DNA from: an uncultured delta proteobacterium
GTDB lineage: Bacteria; Desulfobacterota; Syntrophorhabdia; Syntrophorhabdales; WCHB1-27
NCBI GenBank assembly: GCA_963810935.1
Contig: CAWEPK010000008.1
Coordinates: forward strand, 288,001-352,000
Direction of reading: 5' to 3'
Length of the DNA: 64,000 nucleotides
Both the position numbers and the translations under genes were made by a program. Below the pieces are notes generated by a model that was not told the origin of the DNA, did no database searches, and was given only the letters and a program-made list of their open reading frames with translations. Numbering within the stretch: the first letter of the stretch is position 1; the number at the start of each line of letters is the position of its first letter. Positions 48,798 to 60,600 of this stretch are shown piece by piece.

Positions 48798-49004
48798 CTC
48801 AGTGGGGAGTTTGGAAAAGGGCCGGGAGATTTTCGACGGGCCACCTGCCCGACGTAAGGATAGGAGGGTTGTCCGCGTTCGTTTTGTAGGAAGAGAGCCG
48901 GAGGATACGTTCTGTGTATTAAAGGACTCGCGCCCGAGAAGACGACACTAAAGGCGCCAAAAGATCACGGCCCCATCCCGGCCCCTCCCCCACCCCACCA
49001 ACGG

Positions 49005-49033
49005 TTGACACACACCCCCGCTAATGGTAATTT
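49005..49033 (+). promoter_or_regulatory. sigma70 promoter of the cooC-plsC-ftsK cluster (predicted leaderless)
   Basis: TTGACA-17-(TGn)TAATTT, 5 nt before the ATG, no SD. Confidence 0.65.
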
Positions 49034-49038
49034 TTAGC

Positions 49039-49815
49039 ATGAAAGTAGCTATATCAGGTAAAGGCGGAGTGGGCAAGACGACGCTGGCGGGCGTTATGGC
49101 GCGGGTGCTTGCCGCTCACGGCCATAAGGTCCTCGCTATTGACGCAGACCCCGACGCCAATCTCGGAAGCGCCATCGGCATACCCGCAGAAGACGTGCAG
49201 CGGATGAAGCCGCTGGCTCAGATGCGCGATCTGATAGAAGAGCGGACCGGGGCCAAGAAGGGCGCTTATGGGGCGTATTTCACGCTCAATCCGAAGGTCG
49301 AAGACCTGCCCGACCGGTTCTCTTTATCCAAAGAGGGCGTCAAGCTTATGGTCCTCGGCACCATCCCCCAGGGCGGCGGCGGCTGCTTCTGCCCGGAGAA
49401 CGTGGTGCTCAAGAGCCTGCTCGCCCACGTCTTCGTCGAGAGGCAGGAATACCTCATCGTCGATATGGAGGCGGGGCTGGAGCACCTCGGCAGGGGCACC
49501 ACGGCCTACATGGACGCCCTCATCGTCGTGGTCGAGCCGGGCAGGCGGAGCTTCCAGACGGCCCGCCAGGTGAAGGAGCTTGCGGCAGACCTCGGCATCC
49601 GCCGGGTCTTTGTCGTTGCGAATAAGGTGGCGGGCGACGCGGACCTTGCCATGGTAAAGGAGCACCTTCCCGACATGCCGCTGCTCGGCTCTATGAGCTA
49701 TAACGAGAAGGTGATCGAGGCGGACAAGCTGGGCGTCTCTCCGTACGATACGGACGCCGCGATCAGGGTTGAAGTTGAAAAGATCATAGCAGCCTTCGAA
49801 CAAGCGGCGGCATGA
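49039..49815 (+). CDS. cooC: CooC/AcsF-type nickel insertion ATPase
   Basis: GKGGVGKTT, DADP, GGGCFCPEN, DMEAGLEHLGRGT. Confidence 0.9.
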   Translation: MKVAISGKGGVGKTTLAGVMARVLAAHGHKVLAIDADPDANLGSAIGIPAEDVQRMKPLAQMRDLIEERTGAKKGAYGAYFTLNPKVEDLPDRFSLSKEGVKLMVLGTIPQGGGGCFCPENVVLKSLLAHVFVERQEYLIVDMEAGLEHLGRGTTAYMDALIVVVEPGRRSFQTARQVKELAADLGIRRVFVVANKVAGDADLAMVKEHLPDMPLLGSMSYNEKVIEADKLGVSPYDTDAAIRVEVEKIIAAFEQAAA

Positions 49816-50513
49816 GACGCGTCCTTTCCCGGCTGAACCTCGTTTTCACGACGATCTTCCTCGCCCTCATCGCGCTCGCCATAGCGCCTTTCGACCGTAA
49901 GGGCGACAGGGTGCACGCCATGGCATGCTTATGGGCGCGCACCATCCTTGCATGTGCCGGGGTCTCCGTCTCCCTCGAAGGCACGGAGTCGCTGGGCGCG
50001 CCGCCGTTCCTTTTTATGTCGAACCATTCAAGCGGCCTCGATATCCCGGTCCTTCTGGCCGCCATGCCCCTGCCCTTCAAGTTTGTAGCTAAGCGCGAGC
50101 TTTTCCGCATCCCCCTGTTCGGGTGGGCGATAAAAAAAGCGGGCTACATCAGCATCGACAGGGAGAACCCGAGGGAGGCCCTCAAGGCCATTGAAGAGGC
50201 AGTGTCGAAGCTCGCGGAAGGCACGAGCGTGCTCATCTTCCCGGAGGGGACGAGGAGCAAGGACGGACATCTCCTTCCCTTCATGAAGGGCGCGTTCTCC
50301 CTGGCGGCGCGCGCCGGGGCGCCCATCATCCCGCTTGCCATGGTCGGTACGTACAACCTCCAGCCGCCGGGGCATGCCGTGCCCCGCGCGAAGGGGCGCG
50401 TCGAGATCCGTATGGGCAAACCTATACCGATAGAAGGAAAAGGTTTATCCTATAAAGCGGAGCTTATGGAGAAAGTCCGCAGGTCGATAGAGGGTTTGAG
50501 AGATGTCGGATGA
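49812..50513 (+). CDS. plsC: 1-acyl-sn-glycerol-3-phosphate acyltransferase
   Basis: NHSSGLD, FPEGTRS. Confidence 0.92.
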   Translation: MRRVLSRLNLVFTTIFLALIALAIAPFDRKGDRVHAMACLWARTILACAGVSVSLEGTESLGAPPFLFMSNHSSGLDIPVLLAAMPLPFKFVAKRELFRIPLFGWAIKKAGYISIDRENPREALKAIEEAVSKLAEGTSVLIFPEGTRSKDGHLLPFMKGAFSLAARAGAPIIPLAMVGTYNLQPPGHAVPRAKGRVEIRMGKPIPIEGKGLSYKAELMEKVRRSIEGLRDVG

Positions 50514-52578
50514 GCTGAGGAAGGAGATCATAGGAATAGGGCTGGCCGGCCTTTTCCTCTTCATTTTCGTCAGCCTCCTCTCCTATTATCCTTTCGACCC
50601 GTCCCTCAATAGCGTGGCCGCCGGCGGCGCAGTGAAGAATTTTTGCGGGAGGGCGGGTTCCTACACGTCCGATTTCCTCATCCAGCTCTTCGGTATAATG
50701 AGCTACGCCCTGTGCGGGTTCATCCTCGTCTTCGCCGTCATTTTACTGCGGAAGAAAACGGTCGCCCGCCTGCCCATCCTCGCGGCAGGCTTCATCCTGC
50801 TCTTCTTCTCACTGTCGTCGCTTTTGCAGATCGCGGTAGGCACCGTGCACCTGAGGGGCGTCTCCATACCCTTCTCGGGTTTCGTGGGCGACCTGCTGGG
50901 GCGCGGCCTCCTCCATGCGTTCAGCTATTTCGGGAGCCTGCTGCTCTCAATAGTGCTCTTCCTCATATCGCTCTTCCTCATCGCCCAGGCGCCGCTTTTC
51001 TCCATAGTCGGCGCGCGTTTCGCCAGATGGAAAAAGACCGAGGCGTCCGCGCCCCCTGCCCCCCGGATAATCGACGACGCTATGAGGGAGGAAGAGAAGA
51101 AAGAAGAAAAGCAGAAAGGGAGGGAGAAGGAGCGGAAGGAGAAGAAACCCGTCCAGGAGTTTTTCGACTTCGTTAAAGATATCGGCCCGTATAAGCTGCC
51201 GTCTGTCGCGCTCCTCGACCCCGTTGAAAAGGGAGAGGTCAAAGTCGATAAAGAGAGCGCCCAGCTCAATGCGCGGATACTGGAGAAGAAGCTTAAGGAC
51301 TACGGCATAGACGGCCGCGTGCTTGAAGTCAGGCCCGGCCCGGTCATCACCATGTACGAGTTCGAGCCTGCTGCGGGCATCAAGGTAAGCCGCATCGCCA
51401 ACCTGTCGGACGACCTCGCCATGGCGCTCTCCGCCGTCTCCATCAGGATAATCGCCCCTATTCCGGGGAAGGCCGTCGTCGGCATCGAGATACCGAACAA
51501 GTCCCGCCAGACGGTCTACCTGAGGGATATCATCGAGTCGGACGAGTTCACCACTTCAAAAGGCCTCCTCACCCTGGCCCTCGGAAAGAGCATAAGCGGG
51601 GAACCCTTCACTGCCGACCTGGCCAAGATGCCGCACCTGCTGGTGGCCGGCTCTACAGGGTCCGGCAAGAGCGTCTCCTTGAACACGATGATATGCAGCA
51701 TCCTGTTCAAGGCTACGCCCCTTTCAGTCCGCTTCATGATGATCGACCTGAAAATGCTGGAGTTGTCCTTTTACGACGGCATCCCCCACCTCCTGCTCCC
51801 CGTCATAACGGACGCAAAGAAGGCGAAGACGGCCCTGCGGTGGCTGATCGACGAGATGGAGAGGCGCTACCAGTTAATGGCCGAGAAGGGCGTGCGGAAC
51901 ATCGAGAAGTTCAACCAGAGGACGCACAGGGAGGAGGGCGACGACCCGCTGCCCTATATCGTGGTCGTCATAGACGAGCTTGCCGACCTGATGATGGTCT
52001 CCTCCAGGGAAGTCGAGGAATATATCGCGAGGCTCGCCCAGATGGCGCGCGCCTCCGGCATACACCTTATACTCGCCACGCAGCGGCCTTCCGTCGATGT
52101 TCTTACCGGCATCATCAAGGCCAATTTTCCGGCCCGCATCTCCTTCCAGGTGACATCAAAAGTCGATTCACGTACTATATTAGACATGAACGGCGGTGAG
52201 AGCCTGCTGGGGTCGGGCGATATGCTCTTCATGAGCCCCGGACTGGGAAGGATCCAGCGCATACACGGGCCTTTCGTTTCGGAGGGGGAGATAAAAAGGA
52301 TTGTCGAGTTCCTCAAGAACCAGGGGCAGCCGCAGTACAACGAGGAGATCCTGGTAGAGCAGGAAGAAGGCAACGGGGACGGCGAGGAGCTGAGCGACGA
52401 GAAGTACGAGGAGGCGGTCAGCTTCGTCTCTGAGAGGGGCGAGGCATCGATAAGCATGGTGCAGCGGCGGTTCAGGATAGGCTATAACCGCGCCGCCCGT
52501 ATCATAGAGAGGATGGAGCGCGAAGGCGTAGTGGGCCCGTCCACGGGGATCAAGCCGAGGGAGGTTTTTAAGCGATGA
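50503..52578 (+). CDS. ftsK: DNA translocase FtsK
   Basis: N-terminal TMs, AGSTGSGKS, IDELADLMM, ATQRPS, gamma domain IGYNRAARI. Confidence 0.97.
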   Translation: MSDELRKEIIGIGLAGLFLFIFVSLLSYYPFDPSLNSVAAGGAVKNFCGRAGSYTSDFLIQLFGIMSYALCGFILVFAVILLRKKTVARLPILAAGFILLFFSLSSLLQIAVGTVHLRGVSIPFSGFVGDLLGRGLLHAFSYFGSLLLSIVLFLISLFLIAQAPLFSIVGARFARWKKTEASAPPAPRIIDDAMREEEKKEEKQKGREKERKEKKPVQEFFDFVKDIGPYKLPSVALLDPVEKGEVKVDKESAQLNARILEKKLKDYGIDGRVLEVRPGPVITMYEFEPAAGIKVSRIANLSDDLAMALSAVSIRIIAPIPGKAVVGIEIPNKSRQTVYLRDIIESDEFTTSKGLLTLALGKSISGEPFTADLAKMPHLLVAGSTGSGKSVSLNTMICSILFKATPLSVRFMMIDLKMLELSFYDGIPHLLLPVITDAKKAKTALRWLIDEMERRYQLMAEKGVRNIEKFNQRTHREEGDDPLPYIVVVIDELADLMMVSSREVEEYIARLAQMARASGIHLILATQRPSVDVLTGIIKANFPARISFQVTSKVDSRTILDMNGGESLLGSGDMLFMSPGLGRIQRIHGPFVSEGEIKRIVEFLKNQGQPQYNEEILVEQEEGNGDGEELSDEKYEEAVSFVSERGEASISMVQRRFRIGYNRAARIIERMEREGVVGPSTGIKPREVFKR

Positions 52579-53240
52579 AGATCATAACGGCAAAGACTCT
52601 CCTCACGGTTGCCTGCCTTTTGCTGTTCGGCGCAAGTGCGCTCCACGGCGAGACGCTCGACAGCCTGAAAAAAACATACAGCGGGATAACGACGGTGCAG
52701 GCCCATTTCCGCCAGCAGATATTCGTGTCCGCCCTCAAGAGACAGCGGGAGATGGAGGGGGATTTCTTTTACAAGCGCGGGAGAGGCTTCGTCTGGCGCT
52801 ATACGGTCCCGAAAGAAAAGGTATTCCTGTACGACGGGTCGGCCGTCTGGCAGGCAGAGGCCGACAAGCCCTACGTCACGAAGGACAAGGTTGACAGGCA
52901 GAAGCTGGAGGGCAGCTTCCTCGACCTCGTGGACGACGTGGCGCGCCTCGATACGATCTTCGACCTTAAAGGGTCGGTCAGGGAAGACGACATGGAGGTG
53001 CTGGAGCTTGCTCCCAAAAAAGAAGGCATGTTGAAATCCGCCCGCATCTGGGTCGATGCCAAAGGGATCGTGAAGCGGATAAAGATCGTCGAGATCACCG
53101 GCAACGTCAACATGATCGAGTTTTCCGCCATCAAGATAGGCGTCTCCCTGCCCGACAGCCTCTTCGTCTTCAAGCCGGACGGGAGGGAAGTGGTCGATTC
53201 CCACGGCAACAAAGTGATGAGACAGCCGGGAGCACAATAA
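52575..53240 (+). CDS. lolA: Outer membrane lipoprotein carrier LolA
   Basis: Signal peptide, AHFRQ, WRY..P, YDG, LFVFKP; follows ftsK. Confidence 0.8.
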   Translation: MKIITAKTLLTVACLLLFGASALHGETLDSLKKTYSGITTVQAHFRQQIFVSALKRQREMEGDFFYKRGRGFVWRYTVPKEKVFLYDGSAVWQAEADKPYVTKDKVDRQKLEGSFLDLVDDVARLDTIFDLKGSVREDDMEVLELAPKKEGMLKSARIWVDAKGIVKRIKIVEITGNVNMIEFSAIKIGVSLPDSLFVFKPDGREVVDSHGNKVMRQPGAQ

Positions 53241-53247
53241 TATTTAT

Positions 53248-53994
53248 ATGGCTCTCCACAAGGATCAGGCAATCATCCTCTCAAGCAGGGTGTTCGGAGA
53301 ATCCGACAGAATCCTCCGGTTCCTGACCCTCGGCTCGGGCAAGCTCTCCGGCATCGCCAAAGGGGGCAAGAAAAGCCAGAAAAGGTTCATGAATACCCTG
53401 GAGCTGTTTAATTGCGTGAATATCGAATACTTCGAAAAGCCGGGCGCCGGGCTCGTACGCATCGACAGCGCAGACCTGCTGACTGCGAACGCCGGCATCG
53501 ACGCGAGCTTAAAAAGGATGTGCATCGCCAGCTTCTTCGCCGAGTTCGTAGACAAGATGACCAGAGAAAAAGAGCGCAACGAGCAGCTCTTTGCGGTGCT
53601 CAAAGAAGGGCTGGAAGAAGTCAAAAACCTTGAATTTACATACTTCCGTATATTATATTATCAACTTCGCATGCTCCATCACCTTGGATACATGCCGAAT
53701 TTCAGGACGTGCATCCAATGCGGAAAAGACGTGGCCCCGGACGAAGCAACGTCCTTTTCTAACGAGAGGGGCGGCGTGGTCTGCCCGTCATGCTCAAGGG
53801 GGCAGCCGCACAGGCAATATCCGCCGGGCCTTTTCGCCGGGCTCGCCGCCCTGACCGACACGCAGGGCGAGGCCAAAGAGACCGGCGCGCCCGGCTTCGA
53901 GCGCCACGCCAGGGAGTTGATGGAGGCGTTCACGTATTACCATTTAAATATCGAGCTTAAGTCTTACAGATTGCTTAGAGGGATGGCAGACTGA
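53248..53994 (+). CDS. recO: DNA repair protein RecO
   Basis: [20 protein letters not shown]; CxxC...CxxC zinc finger. Confidence 0.93.
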   Translation: MALHKDQAIILSSRVFGESDRILRFLTLGSGKLSGIAKGGKKSQKRFMNTLELFNCVNIEYFEKPGAGLVRIDSADLLTANAGIDASLKRMCIASFFAEFVDKMTREKERNEQLFAVLKEGLEEVKNLEFTYFRILYYQLRMLHHLGYMPNFRTCIQCGKDVAPDEATSFSNERGGVVCPSCSRGQPHRQYPPGLFAGLAALTDTQGEAKETGAPGFERHARELMEAFTYYHLNIELKSYRLLRGMAD

Positions 53995-53995
53995 T

Positions 53996-54873
<878 letters not shown>

Positions 54874-54877
<4 letters not shown>

Positions 54878-56955
54878 GACAGCTACTGTTGGAGATAGGC
54901 TGCGAAGAGCTGCCCGCGCGCTTTATAGCCCCTGCAAAGGAAGGGCTCCTAAATCTCGTGAAAAACGGCCTCGCGGAGCTGCGCATTGAGCACGGAGCGG
55001 CCAGGGCCTTCGGAACGCCCCGGCGCATAACCCTTATCATCGACGACGTGGCCGATAAGCAGAAAGAGACGGTCACCGTGAAATTCGGCCCGCCGGCGGC
55101 GCGCGCATACGACGAGAAAGGCAACCCGACGTCTGCGGCTGTTGGCTTTGCACGCTCCCAAGGGGTCGACGTATCGGAGCTGAAGGTCGGCAAGAAAGAT
55201 GCGGCGGAGCTGCTCTGCGTCGAGAAAGTCGAAACAGGCAAAGAGACGGCAAGCGCGCTGGCGGCATTCCTGCCGGACGCCATTTTGCGGATCCCCTTCC
55301 AGAAGAAAATGCGGTGGGGCAGCGGGGCCTTCGAGTTCGCCAGGCCCATCCACTGGATAGTCGCCCTTTTCGGCCACGAGATAATACATTTCAACGTTGC
55401 AGGCATCGCAAGCGGCAACGTATCGAAGGGGCACCGCTTCCTGGCCGAGAGTGACCCCGTTATAAAGGAGCCCGCCGCCTACCTCGACGCTATGCGCGCG
55501 GCTTTCGTGATAGTCGATGAAGAAGAGCGCAAGTCGATGATGGCGGCGGACATCCGCGCCATAGAGGAAAGGACTGGCGCCCGGGGCGTTGCCGGGGCCG
55601 ACCTTTTGGACGAGATCATGTACATCACCGAGCAGCCTCACGGTCTCATGGGAAGATTCGAGGAAGGTTACCTGGCGCTGCCCAAGCCGGTGCTCGTTAA
55701 CGTGATGAAGGGCCATCAGCGCTACATCCCGCTAGAGAACGAAGACGGCTCGCTCGTCGCCGCCTTCATCTTCTTCGCGAACACGATACCTGCGAGCCCG
55801 GTCGAAGTCGTGCGGGGGAACGAGAAGGTGCTGGCTGCGCGCCTTGCCGACGCCCGGTTTTTCTTCGATGAAGACAAGGCTACGCGCCTCGATGCCCTCG
55901 CCGAGCGGCTCGACGCCGTCATGTTCCATAAAAAACTAGGCAGCCTCAAACAAAAAACCGAAAGGACCGAGCGCCTGGGCCTTATGCTCGCGGCCGGGCT
56001 TGGCTTCACCTTCAGGCCGCAGGTAGAGAGGGCGGCCATGCTCCTCAAAGCCGACCTGCTCACCCGCATGGTCGGGGAATTCCCCGAGCTTCAGGGGACG
56101 ATGGGCAGGATTTACGCGGAGCACCAGGGGGAGGACCTGGAAGTCGCTTCCTCCATACAGGAGCACTACTTCCCGATCGGGACCGATGCGACGCTGCCGA
56201 AGACCCCTCTGGGCGCAGTCATGGCCTTAGCGGACAAGATGGATTCCCTGATCGCCTTTTTCTCCGTCGGCATAACCCCTACGGGCAACCTCGACCCCTT
56301 CGCCCTGCGCCGACAGGCGATAGGCAGCATAAAGATCGTAATCGACAAGGGCTACCATTTGCCCCTCGCCGCTCTCATCGACGAAGGGTACGCAGCCCTT
56401 TCGGATGTGCCGGGCAGGGTTGCGCCTGAGACCCTTAAAGAAACGCTGACCGATTTCCTCGCTACGAGGTTCAAGTTCCTCATGATCGAAGAAGGACACA
56501 ACCAGGAGTTCGTGAATGCGGTCCTTCCCGCGCTGGGCGCGGATATATATGACGCCTACCTGCGATTGCGCGCGCTGGAGACGCAGGAGTCGATAGAAGA
56601 CTTCCGCAGGCTCCTGGTGGGCTTCAAGAGGGTTTACAATATCACGAAGACACTCAAAGACGAAAAGAGGATCGATACCGCGCTTCTGGCCGAGAAGCAG
56701 GAACGTGACCTCTACGAGTTGTTCGAGGCGCGTAAAGACGCCTTCGCTGCGGCGATGGCTGGGCGTCAATACGCCGACGCCTTGAAGATCCTCGTCGGAT
56801 TCAAGGAGACTATAGACGCGTATTTCGACAAGGTGTTCGTAATGGTGGATGACGAGGCCCTAAAGAGCAACCGGCTGGGCCTGCTGACGAAGATAAAAGA
56901 AATGTTTTTGCGTTTCGGCGATCTTTACAAAATACGTATCGAAGAGCTGCAATAA
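54874..56955 (+). CDS. glyS: Glycine-tRNA ligase beta subunit
   Basis: GTG overlapping the glyQ stop; [26 protein letters not shown]. Confidence 0.96.
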
Positions 56956-56985
56956 GGACCATTTCATTATAAAAGGGGAGTAATA

Positions 56986-59766
56986 ATGGCTAAACGTGTT
57001 TATTTTTTTGGTGGCAGCAAAGCTGAAGGCAACCGGCAGTTAACAAACCTCCTCGGCGGCAAAGGCGCGGGCCTCGCCGAGATGGTCAATATCGGCATAC
57101 CCGTACCGCCGGGGTTCACGATCACGACTGAGGTCTGCACGCTCTTCTACGAAGCGCGGATGAAGTTCCCCAAAGGCCTGGAGAAAGAAGTTATGGCCGG
57201 CCTTCGGCGCGTAGAAGACCAGATGAAGATGCGCTTCGGCGACACGAAGAACCCGCTGCTTCTGTCGATCAGGTCCGGCGCCAGGGCCTCCATGCCCGGC
57301 ATGATGGACACTGTCCTCAACCTCGGGCTCAATTCGAAGACGCTCGCGGGCCTTGCCCGGCTTACCGGCAACGAATGGTTCGCGTGGGACTGCTACCGCC
57401 GCTTTGTAGCAATGTACGGCGACGTTGTCCTCGGCCTCAAGCCGGAGAGCAAGAAAGAAGAGGACCCGTTCGAGGCGATCATCGACGCAAAGAAGAAAGA
57501 ACGCCGCATCAAGCTCGACACGGAATTCACCGTCAACGACCTCCAGGATCTGGTGGGCAGATTCAAGGCCCTTATTAAGAAGAAGCTCGGCGTGGAATTC
57601 CCGGAGGACCCGCTGGAGCAGTTGTGGGGCTCCATCGGCTCGGTCTTCAAATCCTGGAACAACGACCGCGCCGCCACGTACAGGAAGCTGAACAACATAC
57701 CCGCGTCGTGGGGCACGGCAGTCAATGTCCAGGCGATGGTCTTTGGAAACATCGGCCAGGATTCAGGCACGGGCGTCGCGTTCACGCGCGACCCGTCGAC
57801 CGGCGCCAATGTCTTCACCGGCGAGTACCTGCTGAACGCCCAGGGCGAGGACGTAGTCGCAGGGACGAGGACGCCGCAGCCTATCAACAAGGCGCAGAGG
57901 GGCGATGCTAAAGTCCCCTGCCTCGAAGAAGAGATGCCGCAGATATATAAGCAACTCATGAAAATACGCTCCATCCTCGAACGCCATTTCAGGGACATGC
58001 AGGACGTCGAGTTCACTATCCAGCGCGGGAAGCTCTGGATGCTCCAGACGAGGAACGGCAAGCGGACATCTTTTGCCGAGTTTAAGATCGCCGTGGATAT
58101 GGTGCACGAGCGCCTGATCGACAAGGAAGAGGCATTGATGCGCGTCAGCCCCGACGGCCTCAACCAGATACTGCGGCCCATTTTCGATCCGAAAGAAGTA
58201 CAGAAGGCGTATAAGGACGGCAGCCTGGTCGCAAAGGGCCTTAACGCAGGGCCGGGCGCGGCTACTGGCAGGGTCGTCTACAACGCGGAAGACGCCGAAG
58301 CCCTGGCTGCCAGGGGAGAGCGCGTCATCCTCGTCAGGATAGAGACGTCGCCTGAGGACATCAGGGGCATGAACGCAGCCCAAGGCATACTCACGAGCCG
58401 GGGCGGCATGACGAGTCACGCCGCGCTCGTGGCGAGGCAGATGGGCAAGGTCTGCGTCGCAGGCTGCGGCGAGCTGGACATCAGCTACCACTCGAAGACG
58501 ATAAAGATCAAAGACAAAACAATAAAGGAAGGCGATTACATCTCGATTAACGGCAGCACGGGCGAGGTCTTCGTCGGCGAGGTGAAGACAATACCGTCGG
58601 AGGTGCTGCGCGTCCTTGTCGATAAGACGATGAAGCCATCGCAATCGGAGATTTACAAAGATTTCGATTCGCTGATGAAGTGGGCCGACGACGCAAGGCG
58701 CCTCGGCATCAGGACGAACGCCGACCAGCCCGGGCAGGCGCAGGTCGCCGTCGCCTTCGGCGCGGAGGGCATCGGCCTTTGCAGGACGGAGCACATGTTC
58801 TTCGAGGGCGCGCGGATCGACGCGGTCAGGGAGATGATCGTCGCCGAGGACCTGGAGGGCCGCAAGAAGGCGCTCGCAAAGCTCCTGCCTATGCAGCGCG
58901 GCGATTTCGCCGGCCTCTTCAAGGTGATGCGCGGCCTGCCCGTAACGATAAGGACGCTCGACCCGCCCCTCCACGAGTTCCTGCCCCACGGCGAGAAAGA
59001 CCTGAAAGACCTGGCGGGAAAAATGGGCATCTCCTACGACCGGCTCGCGGCGAAGGTGGCAAGCCTCCAGGAAGCGAACCCCATGCTGGGGCTGCGCGGC
59101 TGCCGCCTCGGCATACTCTACCCCGAGATCACCGAGATGCAGGCCCGGGCCATATTCGAGGCAGCCTGCGAGGTAAAGAAATCAAGGATCGATGTAAAGC
59201 CGGAGATCATGATACCTCTGGTCGGGGACGTACGCGAGCTGCGCCTCCAGAAGGACGTTGTAGACCGGGTCGCCAAGGAGGTGTTCGCCGAGCGGAAGAT
59301 GGCCGTCGAATACATGGTCGGCACCATGATCGAGATACCCAGGGCCGCCCTCACCGCCGATGCCATAGCCGAGCTTGCCCAATTCTTCTCCTTCGGCACG
59401 AACGACCTGACCCAGACGACGTTCGGCATGAGCAGGGACGACGCAGGCGTATTCCTCCGCCCGTACGTCGAAAAGGACATCCTCGACTACGACCCATTCC
59501 AGAGGCTCGACGAGGCGGGCGTAGGCAAACTAATGGAGATGGGCGTCGAGCTTGGCAGGAAGGTACGGCCCAAGCTGAAGATCGGCATCTGCGGGGAGCA
59601 CGGGGGCGAGCCTTACTCCGTGAAGTTCTGCCACAGGGCCGGCCTCGACTACGTAAGCTGCTCGCCTTATCGCGTGACTGTCGCCAGACTGGCTGCCGCC
59701 CAGGCTGCGATAGAGGAAAAGAGGGCGAAGAAACCGGCTGCCAAAAAAGCAGCTAAGAAAAAATAG
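56986..59766 (+). CDS. ppdK: Pyruvate, phosphate dikinase
   Basis: [41 protein letters not shown]. Confidence 0.98.
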   Translation: MAKRVYFFGGSKAEGNRQLTNLLGGKGAGLAEMVNIGIPVPPGFTITTEVCTLFYEARMKFPKGLEKEVMAGLRRVEDQMKMRFGDTKNPLLLSIRSGARASMPGMMDTVLNLGLNSKTLAGLARLTGNEWFAWDCYRRFVAMYGDVVLGLKPESKKEEDPFEAIIDAKKKERRIKLDTEFTVNDLQDLVGRFKALIKKKLGVEFPEDPLEQLWGSIGSVFKSWNNDRAATYRKLNNIPASWGTAVNVQAMVFGNIGQDSGTGVAFTRDPSTGANVFTGEYLLNAQGEDVVAGTRTPQPINKAQRGDAKVPCLEEEMPQIYKQLMKIRSILERHFRDMQDVEFTIQRGKLWMLQTRNGKRTSFAEFKIAVDMVHERLIDKEEALMRVSPDGLNQILRPIFDPKEVQKAYKDGSLVAKGLNAGPGAATGRVVYNAEDAEALAARGERVILVRIETSPEDIRGMNAAQGILTSRGGMTSHAALVARQMGKVCVAGCGELDISYHSKTIKIKDKTIKEGDYISINGSTGEVFVGEVKTIPSEVLRVLVDKTMKPSQSEIYKDFDSLMKWADDARRLGIRTNADQPGQAQVAVAFGAEGIGLCRTEHMFFEGARIDAVREMIVAEDLEGRKKALAKLLPMQRGDFAGLFKVMRGLPVTIRTLDPPLHEFLPHGEKDLKDLAGKMGISYDRLAAKVASLQEANPMLGLRGCRLGILYPEITEMQARAIFEAACEVKKSRIDVKPEIMIPLVGDVRELRLQKDVVDRVAKEVFAERKMAVEYMVGTMIEIPRAALTADAIAELAQFFSFGTNDLTQTTFGMSRDDAGVFLRPYVEKDILDYDPFQRLDEAGVGKLMEMGVELGRKVRPKLKIGICGEHGGEPYSVKFCHRAGLDYVSCSPYRVTVARLAAAQAAIEEKRAKKPAAKKAAKKK

Positions 59767-59794
59767 AAGTGAAAAGACACGGAAGGAGAACGGG

Positions 59795-60370
59795 GTGAAG
59801 GTCCTGCTCCACATCTGTTGCGGCCCCTGCACGGTCTATCCCTTGCGGGCGCTGCGGGACGAAGGGGCCGATGTGACCGGGTTTTTCCACAACCCCAATA
59901 TCCATCCGTACACGGAGTTCCGAAAGAGGCAGGAGGCGCTCGTGCAGTACAGCCGGGTCGCCCTCCTGCCTTTGATTATGGACGAGACGTACGACATTGC
60001 CGCCTTCCTTCGGGCGGCCCTGGCGGCAGGCGAAGACCGCTGCCTCGCGTGCTACACGACGCGGCTGACTGCCGCTTTTGAGAAGGCGGCGGAGCTGCAT
60101 GCGGACGCAGTGACTACGACGCTCCTATACAGCATCTACCAGAAACACGAGGTTATTGCGGAAGTCGCATCAGAGCTTTCGGCCCGCTACGGCATCTCCT
60201 TCCTCTACCGTGATTTCCGGCCCGGCTGGCGCGACGGGCAGGACGAGGCGGCAAAGCTCGGCATTTACAGGCAGGCTTACTGCGGCTGCATATTCAGCGA
60301 GTACGAGAGGTTCGGCCCCAAGGCCAAAGGCGGCAAAGGGGCACAGACCGGGGGAACGCGCAAGAGATGA
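59795..60370 (+). CDS. queH: Epoxyqueuosine reductase QueH (DUF208)
   Basis: LLHICCGPC, NPNIHP, RCLACY, YRQAYCGCIFS. Confidence 0.9.
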   Translation: MKVLLHICCGPCTVYPLRALRDEGADVTGFFHNPNIHPYTEFRKRQEALVQYSRVALLPLIMDETYDIAAFLRAALAAGEDRCLACYTTRLTAAFEKAAELHADAVTTTLLYSIYQKHEVIAEVASELSARYGISFLYRDFRPGWRDGQDEAAKLGIYRQAYCGCIFSEYERFGPKAKGGKGAQTGGTRKR

Positions 60371-60582
60371 TGCCGGCAGTCGGCAAGATGCTTATCATTC
60401 TGGGCGTAATCATTATCCTCGCCGGGGTGCTTCTCCTCCTCGCCAACAAGATCCCCTTCATAGGCAGGCTGCCGGGCGACATCCTCGTAAAAAGGGAGAA
60501 CTTCACCTTCTACTTCCCGCTCACGACGAGCATAATCATAAGCGTCGTGCTGTCGCTCATTTTCTGGATTTTCCGTAAGTAG
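60367..60582 (+). CDS. DUF2905 family small membrane protein
   Basis: GRLPGDI..FYFPLTTSIIISVVLS. Confidence 0.88.
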   Translation: MMPAVGKMLIILGVIIILAGVLLLLANKIPFIGRLPGDILVKRENFTFYFPLTTSIIISVVLSLIFWIFRK

Positions 60583-60600
60583 TAGGGAATTGTCCGTCAT

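Larger units (their letters stand above)
47901..48934. mobile_element. About 1-kb insert bounded by the 11-bp direct repeat GGACTCGCGCC, inside a repeat-family copy
   Basis: Direct repeat at 47901-47911 and 48924-48934; joining the flanks rebuilds a sequence matching the intact copy at 16865-16953; interior visibly AT-richer; no recombinase encoded. Confidence 0.6.
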
